From positions 2,520 through 66,519 of IMG/VR virus record IMGVR_UViG_651053002_000003: a stretch of DNA of 64,000 nucleotides; one strand, written 5' to 3'. The position numbers and the translations under genes were made by a program. Origin of the DNA: a virus. Its lineage: Duplodnaviria > Caudoviricetes. Numbering within the stretch: position 1 is the stretch's first letter; every line of letters starts with the position of its first letter. The notes under the pieces were generated by a model, which was not told the origin of the DNA, made no database searches, and saw only the letters and a program-made list of their open reading frames with translations. Below, piece after piece: positions 10,934 to 20,715 of this stretch.

Positions 10934-11878
10934 CTAACGATTGACCTCATCTCTATACTTAGAAGTTGATCGTTTTTGAAGGTCGTCCAAATTTGGAGTT
11001 GATATATTCGCTTCCTTTTTCAATTCATCAAATGTTTCATATAAGGCTATAATCTCGCTAAAGGAGCACTCAAAAAATTTAGCCATCTGAAGTTTGTGAA
11101 ATATTCTCAAACCGTGGTAGACAAAATTTCGATGGTTACGAACCATATTCAGTTGAAATGCTGGGTCAATTCGATATCCCAGTTTTTCTAAAACCATAAA
11201 CCCCTCATCCATTACAGAAATCATCTGCATTAATGCATTCTTATCCTTCGCTATTTTTTTAAAGTCAAAGTTATTGATATAATGGATTGAGTTCATAGCA
11301 ATAATCGGTATGAAGTGACTTTTAAGCCAACCATCAATATTTTCATTAAAACTTAGTTTATGTTTCGCTTCCTTAAAAGCCTTCTCTAATATAGATTTAA
11401 ATGATAAGTCACCGTCTAAGCTACCGATTACCATTTGTCCTCCCCCCCGAATAAAAATAACACGACCATTTTCTTCCCTCCTCCCCCCACTAATTTGAAA
11501 ACCAAACGCAATATTTTTTTTAACTTTGCTATTTTTATTTAGGAATGTTTGCATATTTGCAGCATCAGCGTTATTCCCAACAATCACAATATTGTTACTT
11601 ATATTTTCAGCTAGAATCGGGAGAACCGATGAAAATTGATTGTATTTCATCACCACAAATATGAGATCGTAGTGTTCTTCAGGTTGTAGTTTATCAATTA
11701 CATTTACTGCATCGACAGTATTTTTTCGTTGGAAACGATGTCGAATAACAATTCCATCTTCTTTCAATTGTTCATACCGCCTCCCTCTAGCTAAAATGGA
11801 AACATTGTTTCCTCCTCGTAATAATGAGTGGGCAAGATAACTTCCCAAAACACCAGCACCATAAACCAATACTTTCAT
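10934..11878 (-). CDS. Ketopantoate reductase (PanE/ApbA)-family oxidoreductase
   Basis: MKVLVYGAGVLGS Rossmann motif, YDLIFVVMK. Confidence 0.75.
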   Translation of the reverse strand: MKVLVYGAGVLGSYLAHSLLRGGNNVSILARGRRYEQLKEDGIVIRHRFQRKNTVDAVNVIDKLQPEEHYDLIFVVMKYNQFSSVLPILAENISNNIVIVGNNADAANMQTFLNKNSKVKKNIAFGFQISGGRREENGRVIFIRGGGQMVIGSLDGDLSFKSILEKAFKEAKHKLSFNENIDGWLKSHFIPIIAMNSIHYINNFDFKKIAKDKNALMQMISVMDEGFMVLEKLGYRIDPAFQLNMVRNHRNFVYHGLRIFHKLQMAKFFECSFSEIIALYETFDELKKEANISTPNLDDLQKRSTSKYRDEVNR

Positions 11879-11950
11879 CTCCGTCCCCTTTCCACTTATT
11901 CTCATCTAAATTTCACCATAGCCTTATTAACTGATTAACAGAAAATGGTT

Positions 11951-12523
11951 TTATCTCGTTCTGTAATAATTTTTAGCTGTATAGTATTTCCAGTCCCAAA
12001 AAGCATCCCCGTTCGACATAATATATCGGTCTAAAAATATTTCAAAGTTTAAATTTAATGGATTATATTCTGAACCACTTTCAAATATAAATAGATAGTT
12101 AGGGTCACCATGATTCACTCTATCCTTGTCGATCATTAAATGACATTCTTCCAACAAATAGCCAATAGGTATTCCATTGATACCTTCAAACAAATCCTCA
12201 TACTTTAGTTCTTCTTCTATATCTTCAAGGCTGAATAGATGAAGTCCTCCACCAATATTCTCACCCTCTGCAAGAATTTCGAAAATTTTCGCACCATTAT
12301 GCTGAGAAATAAACTTCAGATAATCCTCAGGAAGTGTGAATTTATGATTCGACTGAAAGTTTTGGATTTCATTAAGAGAGGCTTTGGTCGGAGAAAAAGT
12401 CACAAGGCCCTCTATAATATATCCTTCAGAACAAAACAATTTAATGGCTCCTTTTTCATCTAAAAGACTTTTCAAACCGTTTATAGTCTTATGGACAAAG
12501 TTAGTCAATAAAATCGCCCCCAT
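11951..12523 (-). CDS. SMI1/KNR4 immunity protein (YokH-like), orphan
   Basis: [15 protein letters not shown] motif; no toxin upstream. Confidence 0.75.
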   Translation of the reverse strand: MGAILLTNFVHKTINGLKSLLDEKGAIKLFCSEGYIIEGLVTFSPTKASLNEIQNFQSNHKFTLPEDYLKFISQHNGAKIFEILAEGENIGGGLHLFSLEDIEEELKYEDLFEGINGIPIGYLLEECHLMIDKDRVNHGDPNYLFIFESGSEYNPLNLNFEIFLDRYIMSNGDAFWDWKYYTAKNYYRTR

Positions 12524-12557
12524 ATTTTCAGAATAAAACACCGAGAATACGAATTTG

Positions 12558-12812
12558 TTAATCAGTAACAATTTTATTCATAATTGAAGCAGCATTAGAA
12601 GTAAACAAAATATAAGTGTTTTTTGCTGTTTTAATTACTATCCTATCCGTAGAGCCATAAGGAAACCCTATCCTTACTGCACTTTTCTCTTGTCCTCCAT
12701 AGTTCGGATCCAGAAATACACCGTTGATTTCTTTGATTGGAATTTCAATTTTAGATAGTTGCCAATTGATAATTAACTTTCCATCAGATTTTTTAACTTT
12801 AATCCCAAGCAA
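12558..12812 (-). CDS. SunI/YnzG-family small protein
   Basis: WQLSKIEIP...[16 protein letters not shown]...YILFT pattern. Confidence 0.6.
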   Translation of the reverse strand: MLGIKVKKSDGKLIINWQLSKIEIPIKEINGVFLDPNYGGQEKSAVRIGFPYGSTDRIVIKTAKNTYILFTSNAASIMNKIVTD

Positions 12813-13149
12813 AATTGCATTCTCCTTTCAACTATACGGTCAGTTAAATTTTAACATATTAGACTTTTCCTTGATATTAACATGTTGAGCAAACTTCAAT
12901 TTATAATATTTGGTTTTTTTTTTATAATTAGGAAGGTTTGTCCGATATAGAGACAGAACAAACAATTTGGAGGAATTACATTGAAGAAATGGTTATTAGG
13001 TATTGGCCACTCATACTCTAAAAATCACCCTGAATCCACCATATCATCAGGATTAATAATCGCCTTATGATATGCATAAAAGATGGATTATTAAAAGCGA
13101 CACTGTATATATTATTGTTTACGCCGGCATATTCCGCAACCGCTCCTCT

Positions 13150-13254
13150 GAATTTTGGTTAGCGATTTCTTTCGGGCTTAGACAAGGTGAAATTTTAGGT
13201 ATACGTTTCAAGGATATAGACTTCAATACTGGGGTTTTAAGATTCGAAAAATAA
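13150..13254 (+). pseudogene. Tyrosine integrase fragment
   Basis: LAISFGLRQGEILGIRFKDIDF (box I). Confidence 0.7.
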
Positions 13255-13306
13255 GTATGAACCCGCACTTGCCGGAATAGCGCAGGATATTGAAAATACT
13301 CACAAT

Positions 13307-13774
13307 GTGAAGAATACTCCTTTATTGAAAAATATTATTGAAGGTCAAAAAGAGAGTGTGCTCAGCAAGTCTGTGACTTCAAATTTTAGTACAGGAAATA
13401 GCAAGTATACCACAGGTACAATGAAACATATTTATCATGGAGAAATTAATAAACGCGGTAAAGCAGTTGGCTACCACCATGAAAGTATGATGGGCGGAAA
13501 GATTATACCAGGTACAGAAAAGAAGCCTGACAAAAATGGAGTATATATGGCGAAAGTTGAAGTCGAGTCTGTAAAAAAAATAGCGGATTCAAGTTTCTTT
13601 CCAAGAGAATGGAACCGCGCTGACGTATTAAAAGCAATTGACGAAGCTTATCATACCAGAAAACAAGTACGTTCAAATAAGTATAGAGGAATCACTTCAA
13701 CAGGAATTAAAATTGAAATGTATTTAAATAATGACGGAACAATAGCAACAGCATATCCGTTATATAAAAAATAA
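13307..13774 (+). CDS. Orphan EndoU ribonuclease toxin tip
   Basis: HIYHGE..GKAVGYHH, SFFPREW, IATAYP; preceded by an LXG-type junction peptide. Confidence 0.8.
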   Translation: MKNTPLLKNIIEGQKESVLSKSVTSNFSTGNSKYTTGTMKHIYHGEINKRGKAVGYHHESMMGGKIIPGTEKKPDKNGVYMAKVEVESVKKIADSSFFPREWNRADVLKAIDEAYHTRKQVRSNKYRGITSTGIKIEMYLNNDGTIATAYPLYKK

Positions 13775-13795
13775 TCTTAAAGGTGACCAGAGCAC

Positions 13796-14131
13796 ATGAA
13801 ATATTTATACAAGTTTGATAAAGATCCATTTGGTGATATAAAAATAGTTTTACCAGAAGAAATCAGTCTTTTCTCTGACTTCATTGAAAATATTACAACA
13901 ATAGAACAAACTGATGAGTATATAGAATACATTCAGAATGTTTTAAATGGGATACATGAGGATTTTGAAATTGATTTAAATGGGATAAGTGTATTGATAA
14001 AAAAAGATGTTACCGATGTTGAAAACCCTTTTTTGATCGACGACCCTTATAAAAACTCAATAGAAACAGACCAATTTAAAGAGCTATTATTAATATGGAG
14101 AAACAAAATTCCTGAGATATTTAAAGGTTAA
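13796..14131 (+). CDS. Cognate immunity protein for the EndoU toxin
   Basis: Small acidic protein immediately downstream of the toxin. Confidence 0.7.
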   Translation: MKYLYKFDKDPFGDIKIVLPEEISLFSDFIENITTIEQTDEYIEYIQNVLNGIHEDFEIDLNGISVLIKKDVTDVENPFLIDDPYKNSIETDQFKELLLIWRNKIPEIFKG

Positions 14132-14408
14132 GTACATTCATTATTCTACGCGGTGAAATTTGGTTCTTAACCTTTATTGAGCCGGTATTTAAATTTCCCA
14201 GAGACCAAGATATTAAGGCCTTTCTCATAAGAGATGGACTTTATCTATGTTTTCAATAGGATAGACTGTCTTCAGTCCGAGATCCCATCAACATCAGGCT
14301 GGCGACAAAGAACCTTGCATTATACAGCGAATTATTCAAATTCAGCTCAAAAAAATAATTTCGTCCCCAATTCGATGAATGATGACAAAATCAATAAATA
14401 AACAAAGT

Positions 14409-14434
14409 AAAAAACCCTTGCTACGCAAGGGTTT
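14409..14434 (-). terminator. tRNA downstream terminator
   Basis: AAACCCTTG-CTACG-CAAGGGTTT with T-run on the minus strand. Confidence 0.7.
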
Positions 14435-14440
14435 CGGCTA

Positions 14441-14489
14441 TGATTCCGACTGGGCTCGAACCAGCGACCTCTACCCTGTCAAGGTAGCG
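14441..14489 (-). tRNA. 3' half of tRNA-Val(GAC); prophage att core duplicate, not a full gene
   Basis: CTACCTTGACAGGGTAG anticodon arm, GCTGGTTCGAGCCCAGTCGGAATCA T-arm and acceptor; D-arm and 5' acceptor absent. Confidence 0.9.
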
Positions 14490-14600
14490 ATTATCTTCTG
14501 ATGCGAACAGACGTTTTATTTAGAAACCTTATTTTATAAGGTTTGCTGACAAGTCTTTATGATAAAAAATCTTCTGTTTTGGCTAAAAATGAACAAGTTG

Positions 14601-14630
14601 GTCCCCAATTCGTCCCCATCTGTCCCCATA
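14601..14630 (+). repeat. Triple GTCCCCA repeat, probable integrase arm-type sites
   Basis: GTCCCCAATTC-GTCCCCATCT-GTCCCCATA; a further GTCCCCAATTCG at 14363-14374 on the other side of att. Confidence 0.6.
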
Positions 14631-14640
14631 AACTTTCACC

Positions 14641-14670
14641 TTGACAAACAAACATATGTTCGTTTATAAT
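14641..14670 (+). promoter_or_regulatory. SigA promoter with embedded SOS box
   Basis: TTGACA-N18-TATAAT; CAAACATATGTTCG at 14649-14662. Confidence 0.65.
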
Positions 14671-14716
14671 ATTATTAAGCATTAAAAAAGCTCACCTTTT
14701 GGCGGGCTTTGATAAC

Positions 14717-15754
14717 TTATAATTCATCTTCATCTTCAATTTCGAGGTCATCTAGGTCATCTAGGTCATCATATTCTTCAATTCCTGACGCCAATTGTCC
14801 ATTTTCCTGTTCGATTCTTCTTAAAACTTCCTCAACTTTTGTTCTAATTATATTTCCCAATCTCTGTACAAAATCAATTTTTAGTTGAGGTGACCAATGA
14901 TCTCTTTCGCAATTTTCTTCATAACAACTTATCAATAATGGAATGATCGTGTTAAAAATGTATATAGCTATAGCATTATTTTTACGCGTTCCCGTTAGTT
15001 GCATAAAAGCATGGCCCCTATACTCTTGCGGCCATGTTTTAAAGGTTCCTGTTAGCCCTATTTCTAATAGTACTCTTTCAAATCCATACTGGATTGCAGG
15101 TCTAATAGCTTTCAACTCTTCATTATTGAATAGAAAAGTTAGTGTTCCTAAGATAGTAGATATTCTACTTCCTTCCCCTCTCATTGCATTTACCCTATCT
15201 CTAGTTTTCCCCATATAGCTTTCTAGCGCCGTTATATATACTTGTTGACCTTCAGACAGAGGCTCTCTTGGAGTATCTATAAATCGTTTAAATATCCAAT
15301 ACAACAAGTCTTCTGAAATATTAAATTCTAGCGGTGTTACATGTCCCCAACATTCTACAGTAAAAATATCTTTAACAATGGCTTTAGCTCTATTAATACC
15401 TGCAAAAACTATGCCATATAAACAATTATTCATTTCAACAACAAGAATATCAATAATAGTGGAGTTTATTCTAAGATCCTTACTTTTTAAAGTGCCGTCA
15501 GCATTATACCACTCTGCTTCATTTTTTTTTCTTTCGGTATACCCTTGAAAAAATAAATACTGGAGAGTTTGATTTTCAATTTGAACTCTTTCAAACTCCT
15601 CTAAACTAAAACCATTCACAACCCTTACTTCAGAAATTAGATCTTCAGTCCATCCACGAACACTTCTTCTTACTTCAGCACCTCGTTGAATTCTCTGACT
15701 GAATTCCTCTATATTTTGGAATGAATGGAATTCGAATATAGAAAAACTTAGCAA
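14717..15754 (-). CDS. Hypothetical protein with acidic tail; gene 3 of candidate defence operon
   Basis: 345 aa ORF, AGAGG RBS, C-terminus EEYDDLDDLDDLEIEDEDEL. Confidence 0.8.
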   Translation of the reverse strand: MLSFSIFEFHSFQNIEEFSQRIQRGAEVRRSVRGWTEDLISEVRVVNGFSLEEFERVQIENQTLQYLFFQGYTERKKNEAEWYNADGTLKSKDLRINSTIIDILVVEMNNCLYGIVFAGINRAKAIVKDIFTVECWGHVTPLEFNISEDLLYWIFKRFIDTPREPLSEGQQVYITALESYMGKTRDRVNAMRGEGSRISTILGTLTFLFNNEELKAIRPAIQYGFERVLLEIGLTGTFKTWPQEYRGHAFMQLTGTRKNNAIAIYIFNTIIPLLISCYEENCERDHWSPQLKIDFVQRLGNIIRTKVEEVLRRIEQENGQLASGIEEYDDLDDLDDLEIEDEDEL

Positions 15755-15772
15755 GTTAGATACCTCTTTCTC

Positions 15773-16495
15773 CTAGAAAATATCATTTCTAGCTTCAACT
15801 TTATAATTATTAGCTTTTATATCAAAGAACAACCATATAACTATGTAAAGAAAGAATCTTTTGATTTTCTTTTTAGAGATCGGTTCTACAGTTGGGATTA
15901 TGCTCCCGTAATTCAAATCAAAAGATTTAGATAAGATTAAAACTTTAATATATAAAAGACTTTCAACTTTTTTTCGTTGAATAGCTCGATCAATGTCTAC
16001 CTGAAATTTCATTTTTTCTTGAAGCAGTATTTTCCCTTTCAAATCCTGTTCATTGTCAATCTTATAGTCTAACCATTCAGGGATTTCAACATTTAATGAC
16101 AATCCACCAAGTTTATAAATAAATGTACGCAAAAAAAGATTTTTATAATTAAGTTTACAATCTATATGGACAGTGATATGCCTATCGCTACCTTGCCTAA
16201 CATAAAAATAACTATCTGACTTTCTGCTGTTATTTTCCAACCCTATTTCAAACTTACCGGGATATTTTAAAAACTCGATAATTAAACTGATAATAATTAA
16301 GACTATTGCTGAATTAATCGTAAATCCTAAATTAGGTTTATCTTTTATTTCATTTGCCAAAGTATCTAAAAAACGCGAAAGAAAAACAACGATGTCTATC
16401 TTTAAAAAGTAAACTATAAATATTGTAATAGCAGGACTAAAAATTGTCAAAAATTTTAATATTTTCTTTCTTATTTCGACTAGAGATTTTAACAT
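15773..16495 (-). CDS. Membrane protein (2 N-terminal TM, beta-rich domain); gene 2 of candidate defence operon
   Basis: 240 aa, AAGGA RBS, hydrophobic segments. Confidence 0.8.
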   Translation of the reverse strand: MLKSLVEIRKKILKFLTIFSPAITIFIVYFLKIDIVVFLSRFLDTLANEIKDKPNLGFTINSAIVLIIISLIIEFLKYPGKFEIGLENNSRKSDSYFYVRQGSDRHITVHIDCKLNYKNLFLRTFIYKLGGLSLNVEIPEWLDYKIDNEQDLKGKILLQEKMKFQVDIDRAIQRKKVESLLYIKVLILSKSFDLNYGSIIPTVEPISKKKIKRFFLYIVIWLFFDIKANNYKVEARNDIF

Positions 16496-16511
16496 AAACT
16501 TGCTTTCCTTT

Positions 16512-17060
16512 TTATAGAGAGATCTCTTTAATTAAATTTGTAACTTCACTAAGAATTGAAATATCGTCGATTAAAAGAACACCGTTATTATACAGTTGGA
16601 CATTTGTGTAGATCCCTATTTTATCTGTTATTTGTAAAGATACAAACTGAATATCTATGCATTCATCTAATATAATCCAATCAATTTCTTTAAATAAATT
16701 TATTTTGCTCTTCTCTTTTTCTATTCCAGTTGATCGATTAATTTTTTGAATATAGTCATCAACATATTCAATACTTTCAGCAGGAATAGGATCAATAAAT
16801 TTCAATTTGTTTATAAAAAGATTTCCTTTAACGCAACTATCTATTAATCTCATGAATTTACTAGATGAGATAATAACCTGCCTTAGATTTAGATTCTTAA
16901 CTTTTTTAAGAAGATCCACATAATCATTTAACCCATAATCATAAGTGATCCCGATGATGCTTTCAGAAAAATAGATAAGAGAATCTTCTTTAAAAATTTC
17001 TTTTAGATGTTCAAAAGTTTCTTCGTTATTAAATAACTCAAATAATTTCATCTGCAACAT
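16512..17060 (-). CDS. Hypothetical protein; gene 1 of candidate defence operon
   Basis: ~182 aa, GAGGAG RBS. Confidence 0.8.
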   Translation of the reverse strand: MLQMKLFELFNNEETFEHLKEIFKEDSLIYFSESIIGITYDYGLNDYVDLLKKVKNLNLRQVIISSSKFMRLIDSCVKGNLFINKLKFIDPIPAESIEYVDDYIQKINRSTGIEKEKSKINLFKEIDWIILDECIDIQFVSLQITDKIGIYTNVQLYNNGVLLIDDISILSEVTNLIKEISL

Positions 17061-17404
17061 CAGGATCACTCCTCTCAAAATTTTGTAGCTATTAGTATAT
17101 ATTAATCCAATTAGATGAAAATGTCATCAAAATAAATCTCCGAAATATTGGTTTATATATAGGTGGCAAACATAGGACTAAAATGCTTAAATATCTCGTA
17201 TAATCTGCTTAACTTTTGTAAGAAGCACGTCGATCTCTTAGTGCTGTACTTGCTGAAATTCTTTCATTCGAAAATGGATGAGTTACAGTATACCGCAATA
17301 CGTTTTTGCGGCATACCGCAATCACTTTTGATGTATACTGAGTGTATATTCGAGGAAACAGGGGGTTTCCCCCCTTGAAAACCTTGAAACCTGCAGTTGC
17401 GCTT

Positions 17405-17539
17405 CTAGCTTTGCCGGCGGAAGCGCTTTTTCTCCTTTTCTCCTCGCTGCTTCTTTTCATTTTGGAAAATGTCATAAAACTGTTTGCAAATTGTGACAAT
17501 CCCTGCAATGGAAAGAACCCAGTTTCTAAACTCATCCAC
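17405..17539 (-). CDS. Small TM plus basic-tail peptide, YonT-like type I toxin candidate
   Basis: Read manually: TGgTATAAT promoter, AGGAGG RBS, GTG start, MDEFRNWVLSIAGIVTICKQFYDIFQNEKKQRGEKEKKRFRRQS. Confidence 0.65.
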   Translation of the reverse strand: MDEFRNWVLSIAGIVTICKQFYDIFQNEKKQRGEKEKKRFRRQS

Positions 17540-17813
17540 TTAACCACCTCCTAACACAAGAATTATACCATTTTCATCCTAAACACCAATATATTTCATA
17601 TAAAAATTACTCTAAAGAGACGGATGCTCCGCTAGTCATTTTTACCCAACCACATCAAATCTCTGCTTTCTCTTATCTCTATTCAAGGGCAAAACAGGGA
17701 ATAAAGATGCAGACCAAATGATTCATTTTTCCTTTTCAATCGTACAGCGACCATTTTCTTCATTCTTCCATGGTAATATCTTGTTGAAGATTTTCAAAAG
17801 AAAGGATATGGTC

Positions 17814-19634
17814 ATGAAAGTTTTTGAAGCAAACAGCTTGTTGACCGCTGCCAAACAGCGTGCGAGTGAATACAAAGAACTGCGCGGCCAGATGGTCAAT
17901 CTAAAAAAAGCGTTTCAAGGTATGGCTGACCTCGGTGACAACGACTTTTCAGGCCGGGGCGCTGACAACATCAAAGCCTTTTTCCAAGACCACGCCGGCG
18001 TCACAGACAGCTGGCTTGATCTGATCGATATGAAAATCGCATTTCTCACAAGCCTTCCCGGTAAGGTCGAAGATGCCGGACTTTCCAATTCGCATGTGGA
18101 GGAATCATTTCTGGAGCATGAGCTCACCCACGCCCTCAGTAAATCAAAGGCGATTATGGAAGAGCAGAAAAAAGACATGCGCTCCATCCTCGGTGAGATC
18201 GAAGACATCATCTCGCTCGAATTGTTTTCAACCGAAAACACGGATCAGAAGCTCTCTTCAGCAGACAAAAAAAGAAGCGAAACAATACATAAGCTCGGCA
18301 AGCTCGATCACGATCTAATGAATGAATACGCAGAAACCGAAGCGAACGAACAGTTCATCCAAGCTGACTTCCAGCAACTTCAAAATGCCACGGGCAAAGG
18401 AAAAAGCGCCACGCCGCTTCACTACAACGCCAAAGCGTACCGTGAAAGCGACATCCATAAGAAAAAAGGCGATATCGCAAGACATTCGGATGCTTATTTG
18501 ACGATTAAAAAGGAAGAAGCGAAAGAGCGTGAAATCAAGGATCTGAAGAAAAAGCTGGCTGATGGCGTCACCGATCCGGATGAGTATTTGGAAATCGCCA
18601 AAAAGGTTGGCTATGAGAATCTCACCCCTGAACAGCTTGAATTTGTTTCATTTCTGGAACAGCGTAAAGCTTTCATGGATAACGGAAAAGAAGCATTGCA
18701 AATCATAGGTGATGGCGCCAAAGGTCTGCTTGTTGGTGTATACGATCTTGCCAAGGATACCGGTGAAGGAGCACTTCAACTCGGACGGAATATCGGTTGG
18801 ACAATTGACAACTTAAACAAAGATCCTCAAAAAGTTCTGGATACTGTTCTGGAATACGATTATCTAGGTGTCTATCAAAGTATGGTTGACACATTGAAGG
18901 ATGATTGGGATAAAAAGATGATTCACGGGGATGCATATACACGGATGCACTATGTTACTTACTTGGGCGGAAGTCTTCTGTTATTGAAAGGCGGAAAGTC
19001 CTCTGTCTCAACAGGCTCAAAAGATCTTGCTAAAGTTGGGAAGGCGGCTAGCGAAAAGATTAAAAATGGCAATTCATCTGTCAAGCCTTATGCCAATAGA
19101 TATACCCCGGCATTAGAAGGGATTTTACAAGACGCCGGGAATACTATTAATGTTAAAAATACGCCGCTTTTAAAGAGATTAGTTCAATCAAAGGATGATT
19201 TGTTTACTAAAGCCGCACCTTATACTTACAGAGATGAATACGGAAACCTCAAAACAGTTAACTTAAAAATGGGCCATCTTAAAAACCAAAAACATCCTAA
19301 AACTGGAGTTCCATATAATAAAGACGGTTTCCCAATTTTCAAAGCCAAATTTGATACGAAGATTGATTCTAAACTTTATAAGGAAAGCGATTATTTACAA
19401 TTTAAAGATGCAACCTTAAAATTAAAAGAAGAAATTGAAAGAGATCCTTTACTTAGAAATCAATTCAATGACCTTCAAATCGAAATGATAAAAGCTGGTG
19501 AAACACCAGACGGATATACTTGGCATCATCACCAAGATTCAGGGAGAATGCAATTAGTTGACCAAAAGGTGCATCGGCAAACAGGCCATACAGGAGGTCG
19601 GCACCTTTGGGGTGGTGGAAGTAAGAACAGATAG
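17814..19634 (+). CDS. LXG-domain T7SS polymorphic toxin with WHH/HNH nuclease tip (YobL/YokI-like)
   Basis: MKVFEA...[17 protein letters not shown]-terminus; [12 protein letters not shown]...[16 protein letters not shown]...HTGG. Confidence 0.9.
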   Translation: MKVFEANSLLTAAKQRASEYKELRGQMVNLKKAFQGMADLGDNDFSGRGADNIKAFFQDHAGVTDSWLDLIDMKIAFLTSLPGKVEDAGLSNSHVEESFLEHELTHALSKSKAIMEEQKKDMRSILGEIEDIISLELFSTENTDQKLSSADKKRSETIHKLGKLDHDLMNEYAETEANEQFIQADFQQLQNATGKGKSATPLHYNAKAYRESDIHKKKGDIARHSDAYLTIKKEEAKEREIKDLKKKLADGVTDPDEYLEIAKKVGYENLTPEQLEFVSFLEQRKAFMDNGKEALQIIGDGAKGLLVGVYDLAKDTGEGALQLGRNIGWTIDNLNKDPQKVLDTVLEYDYLGVYQSMVDTLKDDWDKKMIHGDAYTRMHYVTYLGGSLLLLKGGKSSVSTGSKDLAKVGKAASEKIKNGNSSVKPYANRYTPALEGILQDAGNTINVKNTPLLKRLVQSKDDLFTKAAPYTYRDEYGNLKTVNLKMGHLKNQKHPKTGVPYNKDGFPIFKAKFDTKIDSKLYKESDYLQFKDATLKLKEEIERDPLLRNQFNDLQIEMIKAGETPDGYTWHHHQDSGRMQLVDQKVHRQTGHTGGRHLWGGGSKNR

Positions 19635-19646
19635 GAGTTGGTCAAT

Positions 19647-20087
19647 ATGACAGAGTGGAGATTTGCCGAAGAACCCATCGGGGAAACAACTGTTAAAAAA
19701 ATCGAAAAGGCTTTAGATATTAAGTTTCCAAACGACTACATTTCAACTATATTAAACAACAATGGAGCACGCCCAAGTAAAAAGATTTTTGACTATGAAA
19801 ATACAAAAGGCGCGGTTTTTAATCGATTACATGGCCTAACTGAGGATAGTTCAAGTTTTATTTTAGAGATCTTAGAAGATTATCAGGATGGAAGAATGCT
19901 TTCAGGGATAGTCCCTTTCGCCTCTGATCCTTTCGGTAATGAAATCTGTTTCGATTATCGTCAGAATAAAGAGAATCCCTCTGTGGTTTTCTGGGATCAT
20001 GAAATTGCTTATGAAGACCCTGATGGAGCTTTGAGTCATATATGTGATTCATTTACGGAATTGGTAGATAAGCTCTACGAAGAATAG
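19647..20087 (+). CDS. SMI1/KNR4 immunity protein
   Basis: FPNDY..NNGARP; PFASDPFGNEICFDY; VVFWDHE; directly downstream of the toxin. Confidence 0.9.
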   Translation: MTEWRFAEEPIGETTVKKIEKALDIKFPNDYISTILNNNGARPSKKIFDYENTKGAVFNRLHGLTEDSSSFILEILEDYQDGRMLSGIVPFASDPFGNEICFDYRQNKENPSVVFWDHEIAYEDPDGALSHICDSFTELVDKLYEE

Positions 20088-20252
20088 AATCAAAAAGTCC
20101 GTATAAACAAAGCCCTTCCCTTTTAAAAAGGGCTTTGTTTATCCTTCCAGTTTGCCTTTCGTTTATCGGTCCGAATATACCGCAGCAGTCAGGAAATTGG
20201 AACAGATTAAAATTAAATTACAAAAAAAGCCCGCTTATAAACAAGTGGGCTT

Positions 20253-20483
20253 TTACTGATCATACGGCCGGTACTTCTTCCGCTCGGCGTCTAATTCTTT
20301 TTTAACTGCTTGTACATGTTCCCGCAAGAACAAAGCCACAGTTCCCACCTTTTTAATCGCCTTAAGCCGACCGCCGCTGACAAGCTGGCTTACGCGCTGT
20401 CGGATAACAGAAAGCAGCTCGGCAACTTCAGTAGCCGTCAAAACTTCATCTTGGATAAACCTAATTTTTTCACTTTCTTTCAT
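20253..20483 (-). CDS. Helix-turn-helix DNA-binding protein
   Basis: VLTATEVAELLSVIRQRVSQLVSGGRL. Confidence 0.75.
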   Translation of the reverse strand: MKESEKIRFIQDEVLTATEVAELLSVIRQRVSQLVSGGRLKAIKKVGTVALFLREHVQAVKKELDAERKKYRPYDQ

Positions 20484-20715
20484 ATCGGCTTTCTCTCCAC
20501 ATCATGAAAATTCCTTTTAACAAAATAAACATTACAGCCAGGTATAAAACAAATGCTGTGATTTTCCCAAGGGCACCAGCTGTTTCGTAATCAATAGTCA
20601 CAATACCAGCAATAATGATAATAAGTGTGATTCATATCCATGTTCAGTTCTCGCTTTTCGCTTTCCTTCGTCGATTTGTCGTAGATGTATTCAATCGTAA
20701 TCACCATGCCAGTTA
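20484..20715 (-). pseudogene. Degenerate small peptide and membrane genes upstream of the HTH gene
   Basis: Fragments GMVITIEYIYDK (cf. GIVTICKQFYDI at 17405..17539) and IIIIAGIVTIDYETAGALGKITAFV. Confidence 0.4.

Noticed and set aside
14441-14520. Complete tRNA-Val gene
   Set aside because: Only the anticodon arm through the 3' acceptor is present; upstream sequence lacks the D-arm, so it is an att duplicate
17163-17554. Track ORFs 17163..17378, 17209..17547, 17342..17554
   Set aside because: RBS spacing supports the 44 aa ORF at 17405..17539 instead
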